64,000 nucleotides of DNA from Halothiobacillaceae bacterium UBA5861 (lineage in GTDB: Bacteria; Pseudomonadota; Gammaproteobacteria; UBA5861). This document shows positions 38,261 to 48,630 of the stretch, in pieces. Location: positions 112-64,111 of the forward strand of contig DJFX01000012.1 in NCBI GenBank assembly GCA_002432635.1, given 5' to 3'. Under the pieces are notes generated by a model. That model did no database searches. It was not told the DNA's origin and worked only from the letters and a program-made list of their open reading frames with translations. The translations under genes were made by a program, and so were the position numbers. Each line of letters opens with the position of its first letter. Position 1 is the first letter of the stretch.

Positions 38261-39151
38261 ATGAATGAAAAAAACCTTTTCACACCAACCTCGCATTTTG
38301 TTGACTCACATGGCCTTACTCTCCATGTGGTCGAGTGGGGACAAGGCCCTAAAGCCCTCGTTTGCCATCACGGCTTTCTCGACCATTCGCGCACCTGGGA
38401 CAAAATGGCACTGGCCCTAGCTGATGAATACCGTCTGATTGCTGTCGATGCGCGCGGTCACGGCGACAGCGACTGGGTCGGCCAGGGAGGCTACTATCAC
38501 TTTCAGGAATACGTGCGTGATCTGGATGCTGTTATCCGCGCACTGGTACCCGAACCTTTTGTGATGATGGGGCACTCAATGGGGGGGCGAGTTGCCTCGA
38601 TTTACACAGGAACCTACCCGGAAAGTTGCCTGGGCCTGGTTCTGATTGAGGGGTCTGGCCCTCAAACAACCGAAGGAGAAACCTACCCCCAACTGATGCG
38701 CAGCTGGATTGAGACCACACGACATGTCCGAAAAAAAGAACGAAAAACACTGCCTTCACTGGAAGCAGCGGCTGAGCGCCTGAAAAAGAGCAACCCAAAA
38801 TTAGAACATACGCTGGCGCTTGACTTGGCGACCCACGGCACGGAAAAAACCACTGCCGGCTACCGCTGGAAGTTTGACCCACTTCACATGAGCAAAAGCC
38901 CACTACCTGTTACGTTAGATATTGTGAAGTACTTTAATATGAACTTCGATAAGCCCGTACTGATCTTCCGAGGACTGGACTCAGAAGCCCACTGCGATAC
39001 CCCTGACATCGGTGAGTGGCCAGGCCAAACGCGGCTCATTGACGTTAAAAATGCCGGACACATGATTCAACACGACAATGTCTCCGAAGTACTCACTCAC
39101 TTACGGCCGTTTTTGGCAAGCACCTTCAAAAAGGCGCAAGGAGACCCTTGA
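38261..39151 (+). CDS. Alpha/beta hydrolase
   Basis: HGFLDH and GHSMGG nucleophile elbow. Its stop overlaps the next start (TGATG). Confidence 0.8.
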   Translation: MNEKNLFTPTSHFVDSHGLTLHVVEWGQGPKALVCHHGFLDHSRTWDKMALALADEYRLIAVDARGHGDSDWVGQGGYYHFQEYVRDLDAVIRALVPEPFVMMGHSMGGRVASIYTGTYPESCLGLVLIEGSGPQTTEGETYPQLMRSWIETTRHVRKKERKTLPSLEAAAERLKKSNPKLEHTLALDLATHGTEKTTAGYRWKFDPLHMSKSPLPVTLDIVKYFNMNFDKPVLIFRGLDSEAHCDTPDIGEWPGQTRLIDVKNAGHMIQHDNVSEVLTHLRPFLASTFKKAQGDP

Positions 39152-39654
39152 TGCACTCGGTGGCCCGTCTGCCCATATTCTCTGCACTATTGTGTGTACT
39201 GACTCTGACGAGCGCCTGCGAGCAGGAAAGCGAATCCGCGCCAACGCACACATCGCCTTATCAAATATCTGTCTCTCACCACTCGGCCTTTGATCTCAAC
39301 CAGGCCTCACTTAAAGTCACCCTCTATGGTACCCACAAGTATGTGGCCGACAATACAGCGACAGTGATCGCAACGTCCGAACACACACTCACCCAACTGC
39401 CTAGGACGATCACTGCGCGCTGGCCAGATGATGCGTACCGCCTGATTCAAAACCCACCGGTCGATCACCCAAATGAAGCAACCTACTACCTTGTGATCAG
39501 CATTGATGGCAACGGCGACAAGCAACTCTGCCCCAGTGATGACTATCAACAAGATTACGCTGCAACACCCTTTTTCACACTCAGTGGCCGGCCAGAGGCC
39601 TCCATTGAAATGACCGTTAAATCCATAGAAACCGGCGCCTGCCAGGATTTTTAA
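39151..39654 (+). CDS. Hypothetical lipoprotein
   Basis: Lipobox LTSAC. RBS AAGGAGA lies 8 nt upstream of the ATG at 39151. Confidence 0.5.
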   Translation: MHSVARLPIFSALLCVLTLTSACEQESESAPTHTSPYQISVSHHSAFDLNQASLKVTLYGTHKYVADNTATVIATSEHTLTQLPRTITARWPDDAYRLIQNPPVDHPNEATYYLVISIDGNGDKQLCPSDDYQQDYAATPFFTLSGRPEASIEMTVKSIETGACQDF

Positions 39655-39743
39655 AAGACCTGCGAATAATTCATACATCTCTCTCCATTCGTTCATTCTA
39701 TTGACTACACTATTTTTATTTTTCAGCTAAAAAGAGTGACGTT

Positions 39744-41777
39744 ATGAAAAAAGATGTGTTCAAACCCTTGGTGCTGGCCAGCGCCATCACGCTCGCACTC
39801 ACAAGCTGCAGCAGCAGCGATGATGAGTCCGATAGCAATACGGGTAACAATAACAACGGTAATACCACAGAGGTCACCGGATCTGCCTATGCGCCCAACG
39901 GTTCAGTCGCTTCGTTTCACTCGGCAACCCATCCGCTCTTTGCATGGACCAGCCGGTTGATTTTCAGCCCGGCAATTGCGGCCATCACAGGTCTGCAACC
40001 CGTCACTGGCGCGACTGTCGAGCTGATCGAAATTGACGATGATGGCAACCAGGTGGGTGAAGTGATCGCCACCACCTCAACCTCCATTACCGGTAGCTAC
40101 ACCTTAACCATACCTTCCGGCGTCACGCTGTCTGGGAATTTGATTGTCCGCATTACCGGGAACGGCAACACTGAAATGCGCGCACAAGTCGTCGAGCAAG
40201 CGGTGGATATCACCCCGGTTTCCGAATTCGTGCTTCAAAAATTTATCGCTGACGATACCGATCTGGACCAGTTGACAACCGCATCTGTCGTCAAACTCAC
40301 CGGAGAAGTTGAAGAGTTTGATCTGACCGCCACAGCAGATCTCAGCTCGATGCTTGCGCAACTGGAGACAGAAGTTGGTGAATTCGTTGACACCAGCATC
40401 GACACCATCACTCAAGTCGCTGGCGATACAACAGCTCTCGCCGGTAGTTATCGCTTGATCGGCTTAAGCCTGGGCTTGCATGATGATGATATGCAATACA
40501 ACGTCGGAACACTGGGGACGGACCTGTACCGAGATGACTTCAATGTGACGAGTAGCGGCACAGGCTCTGTCAACATCCAACTCACCCGTAGCGAGTCAGC
40601 TTGGAGTAATTTCACGGTGTTTGATAATACCGTTAACCTGGAGTATTACGCGGACATTGAGACGGAGAACGAGACTATTCCCGGCACCTTCAGCAGTAGC
40701 GGTATTCTCACCGTCGAAGGTGAATTTGAAGAAGATATTGATGGCGACTACGCCTGGCGTTTCCCAGCGAGTACCCTTCAATTCCAAAAAGCAGCCACTT
40801 CCGATGTCTTCTTCGGTATTTTTGGTGATGCCGGTGTCCGGTATCAAACCGTTGATACCAACAATGACGGCATCAAAGACGCACTGGATCCCAACCAGCG
40901 TGAAGGAGATGAAGTATTCAGAGAGTTAAATATTCTGGCCAAAGCCCCATCCGACTTTTCTGCAAGTGACATGAGCGGCACCTATGGTGCAGTTGAGCTG
41001 GCTATCGAGCAAGATCAATCCGGCATGCAGCACTTCAAAGTCGCTACTTTTTCAATCACTTTTGAGGGAACGTCGACCTTCAGCGCCACACAATCCCAGT
41101 ACGATGAGTTTGAACGCTCATTCAGCACCTTCCAATTGACGAACGGTACCGACACAGAATCCGGAGGAGACGGCCAGTTGCAGGTTTCCTCATCCGGGGA
41201 GATCACTGCAATCGGTGGCGATGACGCCGATGGCTTTTTCAGTGCTGATGGCAGCCTGATGGCTATCTATGAGTCAGAATTTATTGACGACAGCAACCCA
41301 GACGACGGCGCTGTTAATCAGGTTGAATATGAGCTGATGCTGGCACTCAAACAGCCGGCCAGTACCATCAGTATTGCCAGCAACACTTATCGGGTGCAGA
41401 TGCTCGCTCAGCGATGGGAAGGTAATGCAACGGCATCCGTCACCACAGGCTTTTCATCCATGCTCACAGTGGATGCAACAGGTTCGAGCGCCACCGCAAA
41501 TCTCCACATCCGGGAAGCCGCCAAGGACAGTTACACCGCTGATGTAGAAGCCAGCAGCGAAATACTGGTACCGCAAAGTATTACGATTGAACCAAATGAT
41601 GGACCCGGCAAGCGAGTAATCACGCTGACCTTCGAAGATGGCTCCGTTCTGAAAGCTATTGGTTCATTCAACGCAGATGGCAGCACTGGCATTTTCAAAG
41701 TCCGTGCTGGGGAATCAGCGGAAGCCGAACCCGATACACTGGGCATCATGATCCTTCAGGAACTATCCGGCGGGTAA
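39744..41777 (+). CDS. Large acidic lipoprotein of unknown function
   Basis: Lipobox LALTSC followed by a Ser/Asp/Asn/Thr low-complexity linker. 677 aa, very acidic (D/E-rich). No domain recognised. Confidence 0.5.
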   Translation: MKKDVFKPLVLASAITLALTSCSSSDDESDSNTGNNNNGNTTEVTGSAYAPNGSVASFHSATHPLFAWTSRLIFSPAIAAITGLQPVTGATVELIEIDDDGNQVGEVIATTSTSITGSYTLTIPSGVTLSGNLIVRITGNGNTEMRAQVVEQAVDITPVSEFVLQKFIADDTDLDQLTTASVVKLTGEVEEFDLTATADLSSMLAQLETEVGEFVDTSIDTITQVAGDTTALAGSYRLIGLSLGLHDDDMQYNVGTLGTDLYRDDFNVTSSGTGSVNIQLTRSESAWSNFTVFDNTVNLEYYADIETENETIPGTFSSSGILTVEGEFEEDIDGDYAWRFPASTLQFQKAATSDVFFGIFGDAGVRYQTVDTNNDGIKDALDPNQREGDEVFRELNILAKAPSDFSASDMSGTYGAVELAIEQDQSGMQHFKVATFSITFEGTSTFSATQSQYDEFERSFSTFQLTNGTDTESGGDGQLQVSSSGEITAIGGDDADGFFSADGSLMAIYESEFIDDSNPDDGAVNQVEYELMLALKQPASTISIASNTYRVQMLAQRWEGNATASVTTGFSSMLTVDATGSSATANLHIREAAKDSYTADVEASSEILVPQSITIEPNDGPGKRVITLTFEDGSVLKAIGSFNADGSTGIFKVRAGESAEAEPDTLGIMILQELSGG

Positions 41778-41798
41778 TCGTACTCGCTCAAAACACGA

Positions 41799-41822
41799 CA
41801 AGGCAGCCCTCCCGCTGCCTTG
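41799..41822 (+). terminator. GC-rich hairpin 3' of the large lipoprotein gene
   Basis: 9-bp perfect stem caaggcagc/gctgccttg with a 6-nt loop. There is no clear U-tract, so it may be a stabiliser or rho-dependent element rather than an intrinsic terminator. Confidence 0.35.
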
Positions 41823-42012
41823 TCATACCTCATGCCAACCACCCTAAAACGACCCAAAAAAGTGCGCCAGCAATTTATTCGCCCAAATTAAGGTCACCTA
41901 CTCGGCGTTCTATCCCTGAAATAGGGCGCAACACCCCAAATAAAGCAAAAAAGCCTCTACGGCACCATTTTTGCTCCAATATGGGGCTGATGAATATCGA
42001 GGGAACTCTTAC

Positions 42013-43491
42013 ATGTCGACAGAACGCATTAATCTTTTTTCTTTTTCTGGGCAAAACCGCATCTTACACATGACGTGGTTTGCCTTTTTTCTTACCTTCG
42101 TTGTCTGGTTTAACAGCGCGCCACTGATGGTTTCCATCCGCGAAACCTTCAATCTGTCAACAGAAGAAGTAAAGGCCTTATTGATTCTTAACGTTGCACT
42201 AACAATCCCGGCCCGGATCATCATCGGCATGCTGGTCGATAAATACGGCCCTCGGCGTATCTACTCCGCATTACTGTTCTTCTCGAGTTTAATCTGCTTC
42301 TTTTTTGCATTTGCCAAAACTTATGAGGCCTTGGCTATCGCCCGCTTTATGTTAGGTTTTGTGGGTGCGGGATTTGTGATTGGCATTCGCATGATCAGTG
42401 AATGGTTTCCTGCAAAAACGGTGGGGCTCGCTGAGGGCATTTACGGAGGCTGGGGTAACTTTGGTTCAGCTGCCGCCGCGCTCACACTTCCCAGCTTAGC
42501 ACTCTTCTACGGTGGGGATGATAGCTGGCGCTATGCGATTGCAACCACCGGCGGCCTGACGCTGATCTATTCGTTCATTTACTTTTTCTCCGTCAGCGAT
42601 ACACCCAAAGGCTCAACTTACTTTAAACCCAAGAAAAGCGGGGCCATGGAAGTCACTAGCAAAGGTGATTTCATTCTCTACGCGATTATGAATGTACCAA
42701 TGTACATCGCGCTGGGCATCCTGACATGGCGCCTGGGTCCCTCTAATTTTGGCATGCTGTCATCCACAGCAACCAATATTGTTTACCTTATCCTCATTAC
42801 TATTTTTTGTTACCAGTTCTGGCATATCTGGCAAGTCAATAAGGATATTTTCAAAACCAAAGTGCCTGAAATCCATCAATACCAATTTAAGCAAGTGGCA
42901 ATCCTGAACCTGGCCTATTTTGTCACCTTTGGTTCTGAGCTGGCCGTTGTTTCGATGTTGCCCTTGTTCTTTTTTGAAACCTTTCAGGATTCTGGCATCA
43001 CTCAAAAAACAGCGGGAATGCTGGCCGCAGGCTACGCTTTCATGAACCTGGCAGCACGTCCTGGCGGCGGCTGGATCAGTGATCGCTTTGGCCGTAAACA
43101 AACACTGTTAATTTTGATCGGCGGCTTGTCGGTGGGCTACTTTATTCTCGGGCAGCTGAACAGCGGTTGGTGGATTCCTCTTGCTGTGATTGCGACCATG
43201 TTTTGCTCATTTTTTGTGCAAGCTGGTGAGGGGGCTGTCTTTGCTATGGTGCCATTAGTCAAACGCCGGCTGACAGGCCAAATCGCCGGTATGACAGGTG
43301 CTTATGGTAATGTCGGCGCCGTGAGCTTTTTAACAGTCTTGTCCTTTGTCTCTCCACAGACTTTCTTCCTGGTGATTGGTGGATCAGCTATCGTCATCCT
43401 GTTGCTCGTTGCCATATTTATGGATGAGCCTCAAGGCCAAATGGCAGAAATCATGCCCGACGGCACGGTCCAAATGATTGATGTCACCTGA
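42013..43491 (+). CDS. NNP-family MFS nitrate/nitrite porter (NasA/NarK-like)
   Basis: NNP signature-like GGWGNFG and a second GxxxxxGAxGN-type motif ([11 protein letters not shown]). Twelve TM segments. Confidence 0.65.
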   Translation: MSTERINLFSFSGQNRILHMTWFAFFLTFVVWFNSAPLMVSIRETFNLSTEEVKALLILNVALTIPARIIIGMLVDKYGPRRIYSALLFFSSLICFFFAFAKTYEALAIARFMLGFVGAGFVIGIRMISEWFPAKTVGLAEGIYGGWGNFGSAAAALTLPSLALFYGGDDSWRYAIATTGGLTLIYSFIYFFSVSDTPKGSTYFKPKKSGAMEVTSKGDFILYAIMNVPMYIALGILTWRLGPSNFGMLSSTATNIVYLILITIFCYQFWHIWQVNKDIFKTKVPEIHQYQFKQVAILNLAYFVTFGSELAVVSMLPLFFFETFQDSGITQKTAGMLAAGYAFMNLAARPGGGWISDRFGRKQTLLILIGGLSVGYFILGQLNSGWWIPLAVIATMFCSFFVQAGEGAVFAMVPLVKRRLTGQIAGMTGAYGNVGAVSFLTVLSFVSPQTFFLVIGGSAIVILLLVAIFMDEPQGQMAEIMPDGTVQMIDVT

Positions 43492-43563
43492 CATATTCAT
43501 CCGCTGTACTTGTCTCCGGCACCAAAAATCGGCACGCTGTACTTTAATCATGCAGGTTAAATC

Positions 43564-45279
43564 ATGATACCGGATACAACTGAGCTGAAAATTTCCAGTG
43601 GCCAAGCCAGTATCGCGGGGGTAAAAGATGTTAATGAAGATGCCGTAGGCATCCGAGTGCCCAAAGCCCCCTTGCTTCACAACAAGGGGCTGGCGGCGGT
43701 CATAGCAGACGGGGTCAGCACCGCTATTTCTGCCCGTGAAGCCAGTCATGTCTGCGTTAATAATTTTTTGTCAGACTACTTCGCGACGCCGGAAACCTGG
43801 ACTGTCAAAAAGTCCGCCCACACCATTCTGACGGCGCTAAACCGATGGCTCTACGGCAGCGGTCACAGCATGTACGGCACTTCGCGCGGCCTGGTCAGTA
43901 CCCTCAGTGCTCTCATTCTTAAATCCACCAGCGCTTATATCTTTCATATCGGTGATAGTCGCATATATCTCTATCGCAACGGCAGCCTTGAACCGCTGAC
44001 GCGCGATCACCGGACTCGCATATCCAATGAGCGCGAATACCTTTCCCGCGCTATGGGTGTCGAGCTGGAAATTGAAATCGACTACCACTCGCTCACGGTA
44101 GAAGCTGGTGATCTGTTTTTTCTTTGTACCGATGGTGTGTATGAATTCGTCGACGAAGCACACATCACACAGGCTATCGTCCAATCAACCAATCTGGAAA
44201 CATTAAGCCAGGAGATTGTTGATCTCGCCCTTGAAAAGGGCAGCAACGACAACATCAGCTGCCTGTTTCTCTCGGTAGATGCCCTACCCTTATTGGATGA
44301 AGACTCATTCTACCGCGAACTTACCACCCTGCCTTTTCCTCCCCCCCTGTCACCAGGTATGCAGCTTGATGGTTACCACATCGTCAGAGAAGTGCACGCC
44401 AGCAAACGTTCACAGGTATACCTTGTCTCTGATGAAGAAAGTAGCAAAAACTTCATCATGAAGACCCCATCCCTTAACTTCGAAGACGACCCACTTTATA
44501 TCGACCTTTTCCTTCATGAAGAATGGATTGGCCGCCGTATCAACAATCCCCACGTCATGCAGGTCATGGCGCCCCGGCGCCAGCGCACGGCTCTGTACAC
44601 AATCACCGAATATATTGAAGGCGACACACTGCGCCAGTGGATAGACCGCAATCCCAATCCGGCTTTACATACTGTACTCGGTATTGCTGACCAGCTGATC
44701 CAAGGGTTACGAACGTTCCAGCGCATGGAAATGATCCATCAGGATCTAAAGCCGGAAAACATCATGATCGACCGTTTCGGCACCTTAAAGATTATCGACT
44801 TCGGCTCAACCAAAGTGGCTGGTCTGGCCGAGCTGGTTTCACCCCTTGATCGGGAAGCCCTCCTCGGCACAGAAAGCTATACTGCTCCTGAGTACCTGGC
44901 CGGACAAATCACCAGCTTCCGCTCTGATATCTATTCACTGGGGACCATTATTTATGAAATGCTTTCCGGTCAATTACCCTACGGCGAAGCTTTAACACGA
45001 CACAACCTCAACCGCCTCGAATACCGCCCTTTACACCGGACAAACCCCAGTATACCTGTCTGGTTAGACGGCGCGCTGGCCAAAGCTGTTCAGAAAAACC
45101 CGGACCTCCGTTACAACAGCCTGTCAGAATTCCAGCAAGACCTGAAAACCCCAAACAAGAAATTCACCCAGGCACACGCCAAACCCCTGATTGAGCGCAA
45201 CCCGCTCCTGTTCTGGCAAAGTGCGGCTCTTTTATTCTTATTGCTAAATCTGATTCAAGGCATATGGCATTTAATCTGA
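43564..45279 (+). CDS. PP2C phosphatase / Ser-Thr protein kinase fusion protein
   Basis: N-terminal PP2C-like region (DGVSTA, DGVYEF, GSNDNIS). C-terminal Hanks-type kinase (HQDLKPENIM, DFG, APE) and a C-terminal TM helix. Confidence 0.75.
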   Translation: MIPDTTELKISSGQASIAGVKDVNEDAVGIRVPKAPLLHNKGLAAVIADGVSTAISAREASHVCVNNFLSDYFATPETWTVKKSAHTILTALNRWLYGSGHSMYGTSRGLVSTLSALILKSTSAYIFHIGDSRIYLYRNGSLEPLTRDHRTRISNEREYLSRAMGVELEIEIDYHSLTVEAGDLFFLCTDGVYEFVDEAHITQAIVQSTNLETLSQEIVDLALEKGSNDNISCLFLSVDALPLLDEDSFYRELTTLPFPPPLSPGMQLDGYHIVREVHASKRSQVYLVSDEESSKNFIMKTPSLNFEDDPLYIDLFLHEEWIGRRINNPHVMQVMAPRRQRTALYTITEYIEGDTLRQWIDRNPNPALHTVLGIADQLIQGLRTFQRMEMIHQDLKPENIMIDRFGTLKIIDFGSTKVAGLAELVSPLDREALLGTESYTAPEYLAGQITSFRSDIYSLGTIIYEMLSGQLPYGEALTRHNLNRLEYRPLHRTNPSIPVWLDGALAKAVQKNPDLRYNSLSEFQQDLKTPNKKFTQAHAKPLIERNPLLFWQSAALLFLLLNLIQGIWHLI

Positions 45280-46218
45280 ACTTGCCGCTTTCAGCAGGGG
45301 CACACTCAAAATTGGCGCGGGTAATTTTTCACTGGTGAAAATGATCTTTTTGCCATCGCTCGAATAGCTGGCAGCCTCAGCCTGCCGTAGTTGGTGTCTG
45401 ATCAAAACCTCCGGTGAACGGGCAAACGCCTCCTGCCAGTTTTCATCAGGATTCCGTGAATAAAGAAAAACCTGGTTATATCCCAGTACAGCAAGCTGCC
45501 GACCATCCGGGCTCAAGTCCATCGCGGTCGGGCTATAACGAAAAGGCCCTAGTCGCGGCTCGGCCATTACCTCTTCAACCGTTGGCTGCGGGTGCTTGTT
45601 TAATTCGGTTACGAACGTCGCAACCACCGTACCCGAAGACGTTGACGCCAGCGGTAGCCGATAAAATCGCGGTGGCTGATCACGTTTGCTCAGCAGGTAA
45701 ATCCAACCGGCAGCCTCATCCACAGCAACACTCTCGACATCCCTTGGACCTTCTTCGTAGCGCAAACGAATGCTGCGCACAGGCTTAACCACCAACACAT
45801 CCGCCGATGCACCATGAGCCATATTAGGCTCTTCCACCCAGTGCAAATTTACTGACGAACGCTGGGCCAGATTATCCCCCACGTCTGCAATCAAAAGATA
45901 GGATTTGCCTCCGTGCGTAAAGCGAGCCAAATCTTCCCAGTCTGTGTTTTTAACGCCTTCCACATCAACCCGGGCGATGATTTTTCCACGGGCACTGACA
46001 AGAAACACGCGTGGCAAACGGCCACTGTCATTCAACATCCAATAGTGGTCAGCGAGGTAAAACGATGGCGCCATACCACTGATTTCCGGCAGTTCACGGT
46101 CACGGATAAAATCAATTTCCCCCGCGTACGGTTGATCTTCCGGCAAAGGTGGCCGGGCATAACTACAACTCGCCAGCCAGCCACAGGCGAGCCAAACGCA
46201 AAACCAGAACGGTTTCAT
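45271..46218 (-). CDS. Hypothetical secreted/lipoprotein
   Basis: Signal peptide plus LASCS lipobox-like motif. Possibly a beta-propeller fold. No family assigned confidently. Confidence 0.4.
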   Translation of the reverse strand: MKPFWFCVWLACGWLASCSYARPPLPEDQPYAGEIDFIRDRELPEISGMAPSFYLADHYWMLNDSGRLPRVFLVSARGKIIARVDVEGVKNTDWEDLARFTHGGKSYLLIADVGDNLAQRSSVNLHWVEEPNMAHGASADVLVVKPVRSIRLRYEEGPRDVESVAVDEAAGWIYLLSKRDQPPRFYRLPLASTSSGTVVATFVTELNKHPQPTVEEVMAEPRLGPFRYSPTAMDLSPDGRQLAVLGYNQVFLYSRNPDENWQEAFARSPEVLIRHQLRQAEAASYSSDGKKIIFTSEKLPAPILSVPLLKAASSD

Positions 46219-46239
46219 CACATGCTCCACAGAGAGTAG

Positions 46240-47553
46240 CTATGCCAGTAACTTGCGTACACAGGCGAGTTTAATGCAGACCGCCAACACATCCATCGCC
46301 GACTCAATATCCGCCAGTGAAGGAAACGAAGGTGCAATGCGGATATTGCTGTCCTGTGGATCTTGTCCATAAGGGAAACAGGCACCTGCAGCCGTTAGCT
46401 TGACGCCCGCCTCCAAGGCCAGAGCAACAATCTTCTTAGCACAGCCGGGCATCGCATCCAGGCTGATGAAATAGCCGCCTTCCGGTTTGGACCAGCTCGC
46501 ACATCCTGTTCCGGCCAGTTCACGGGTTAAGATGTCATCTACGCAAGCAAATTTGGGCTGCATGATTGCCGCATGCTTTTGCATATGCGCCCGCAGCCCG
46601 GCTAAGTCGCCAAAAAAGGCAAGATGCCGAAGCTGATTGAGCTTATCCGGCCCAATCGTCTGCTTTGACAAACGTGCCTTAATGTCTTGAATATTATTGC
46701 GGCTGGCCGCCAGAGCAGACACTCCCGCACCGGCAAAACTGATTTTTGAGGTGGAAGCAAACATCAATACTCGGTCAGGGTGGCCTGCCACTTCACATGC
46801 CTGCAAAATATTTTTGATCACGGCCAGCTCTGGGCCGAGCGGATGTTCGGCATAGGCATTGTCCCACATGATGCGAAAATCCGGCGCGGCGGTCGGCATA
46901 CTGGCGAGCCGATCAACCACGGCATCACTGTAAACCGCGCCCGTTGGATTGGAATACTTGGGCACACACCAAATGCCCTTGATGGAGGCGTCCTCAGCGA
47001 CCCGAGACGCCACCACATCCATATCCGGACCATCGTCATCCAAGGGCACCGTGACCATGTCGAACCCCAGTTCCTCCGTGATCGCAAAATGCCGGTCATA
47101 CCCAGGGGAGGGGCAAAGGAATGTGACTTTCTCTTCATCCTTCCAGGGTCGCTCGCCACCGCTCACGCCAAAGACATAGGCCCGCAACAAGGCGTCGTAC
47201 ATTAAATTCAAACTCGCGTTACCACCAATGATGACCTGATCGGCGGGTGCATCCAGTATCTCGCCAAACAACGCTTTCATCGCCGGCAAACCATCCAGCC
47301 CTCCGTAATTCCGGCAATCGGTGCCATCGGAGGACGTAAACTGACCCGCCCCTGGCAGGGTGAGCAAACCATCAGATAAATCCAATTGTTCCGGAGCCGG
47401 TTTTCCCCGCGTCATATCCAGTGCCAGGTTTTGAGACTTAAGGGTGTCGTAGCGCGACTTTAACGTTTTCTCAAGTGCGACTAGCTGCTCTGAACTCATA
47501 TCAACCATACTGGACATCGCAAACACTCCTGTCATATTGTGCGAATCAAACAA
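46240..47553 (-). CDS. PLP-dependent aminotransferase (class I/II fold)
   Basis: DMTRGKP N-terminal motif and STSK-type PLP-lysine region (FASTSKISFAG). Confidence 0.65.
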   Translation of the reverse strand: MFDSHNMTGVFAMSSMVDMSSEQLVALEKTLKSRYDTLKSQNLALDMTRGKPAPEQLDLSDGLLTLPGAGQFTSSDGTDCRNYGGLDGLPAMKALFGEILDAPADQVIIGGNASLNLMYDALLRAYVFGVSGGERPWKDEEKVTFLCPSPGYDRHFAITEELGFDMVTVPLDDDGPDMDVVASRVAEDASIKGIWCVPKYSNPTGAVYSDAVVDRLASMPTAAPDFRIMWDNAYAEHPLGPELAVIKNILQACEVAGHPDRVLMFASTSKISFAGAGVSALAASRNNIQDIKARLSKQTIGPDKLNQLRHLAFFGDLAGLRAHMQKHAAIMQPKFACVDDILTRELAGTGCASWSKPEGGYFISLDAMPGCAKKIVALALEAGVKLTAAGACFPYGQDPQDSNIRIAPSFPSLADIESAMDVLAVCIKLACVRKLLA

Positions 47554-47663
47554 TCAAATAAAGGCTCGTACACAGGGCCCAAAACACAAGGCAAAACCAC
47601 CTGCGGACCCGCGACAAAGTATAACCCAGTGCAGCGTAAGTGGAGTGCTTTCGGGAGGAAATC

Positions 47664-48578
47664 ATGTCACGTCAACAACTGGAAAAACTGATCGGCATCA
47701 TCACCAAACAAACCCCGCTTGGCGCACAAGCCATCGAAGCCTCGCGACAATTTATGGACGAAGGCGGCGGAAAATTCAAAACTCCGGCCGATGTCACCAC
47801 CAAAGCGATCAAAATTGGCGCAATGAATGCCGAATGGATCAGCACACCGGCCAGCGACACGGGTAAAACCCTGCTCTATTTTCACGGGGGAGGCTACGCT
47901 TCCGGATCGATTACCAGCCACCGTTACCTCATGCAAAACCTCGCACGCGCCAGTGGCTGCCGCACCCTGGGTATTAACTATCGGTTGGCTCCGGAACACC
48001 CGTTCCCTGCCGCACTCGAAGATGCCAAAGCCAGTTATCAGTGGTTGCTGGAACAAGGTCACGCGCCCAGCACCATCGCTATTGGAGGTGATTCGGCTGG
48101 TGGGGGCCTGGCCGTCGCCACGCTGGTCGCCTTGCGGGATGCAAGCGTGCCCCTGCCCGCCGCAGCCCTCTGCATATCCCCCTGGGCCGATTTAACCGGC
48201 ACGGCACAAAGCTACACCACCCAGCACGAGGCAGACCCTATGATCGCTCCCGATGCCATCCGCACAGTCGCGCGCTGGTATCACGCCAGTACACCGGCAG
48301 ACTCACCACTGGTTTCGCCTGTCTTCGCCGAACTTGGCGAACTGCCGCCACTGCTGATTCAGGTGGGGGAATGCGAAGTCCTGCGGGATGATGCCACCAA
48401 CCTCGCCGACAAAGCCCGGCAGGCGGGCGTAGATGTCACCCTGGAAATTGCGCCAGACATGATCCATGTGTGGCACGCTTATGCCCCCATGCTGGAGGAA
48501 GGACAAGCTGCCGTTGAACGCGCCGGGCAATTTCTACAAAACCACCTGCTGGCCCCAAATGAGACCCAAACACCGTAA
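47664..48578 (+). CDS. Alpha/beta-hydrolase-fold esterase/lipase, HSL (family IV) type
   Basis: HGGGY oxyanion motif and GDSAGG nucleophile elbow. Confidence 0.8.
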   Translation: MSRQQLEKLIGIITKQTPLGAQAIEASRQFMDEGGGKFKTPADVTTKAIKIGAMNAEWISTPASDTGKTLLYFHGGGYASGSITSHRYLMQNLARASGCRTLGINYRLAPEHPFPAALEDAKASYQWLLEQGHAPSTIAIGGDSAGGGLAVATLVALRDASVPLPAAALCISPWADLTGTAQSYTTQHEADPMIAPDAIRTVARWYHASTPADSPLVSPVFAELGELPPLLIQVGECEVLRDDATNLADKARQAGVDVTLEIAPDMIHVWHAYAPMLEEGQAAVERAGQFLQNHLLAPNETQTP

Positions 48579-48630
48579 CCCCGAGCCAGTCTTTAGCCCG
48601 CTACTTGGACGAATACCTTAAACACCGAAA

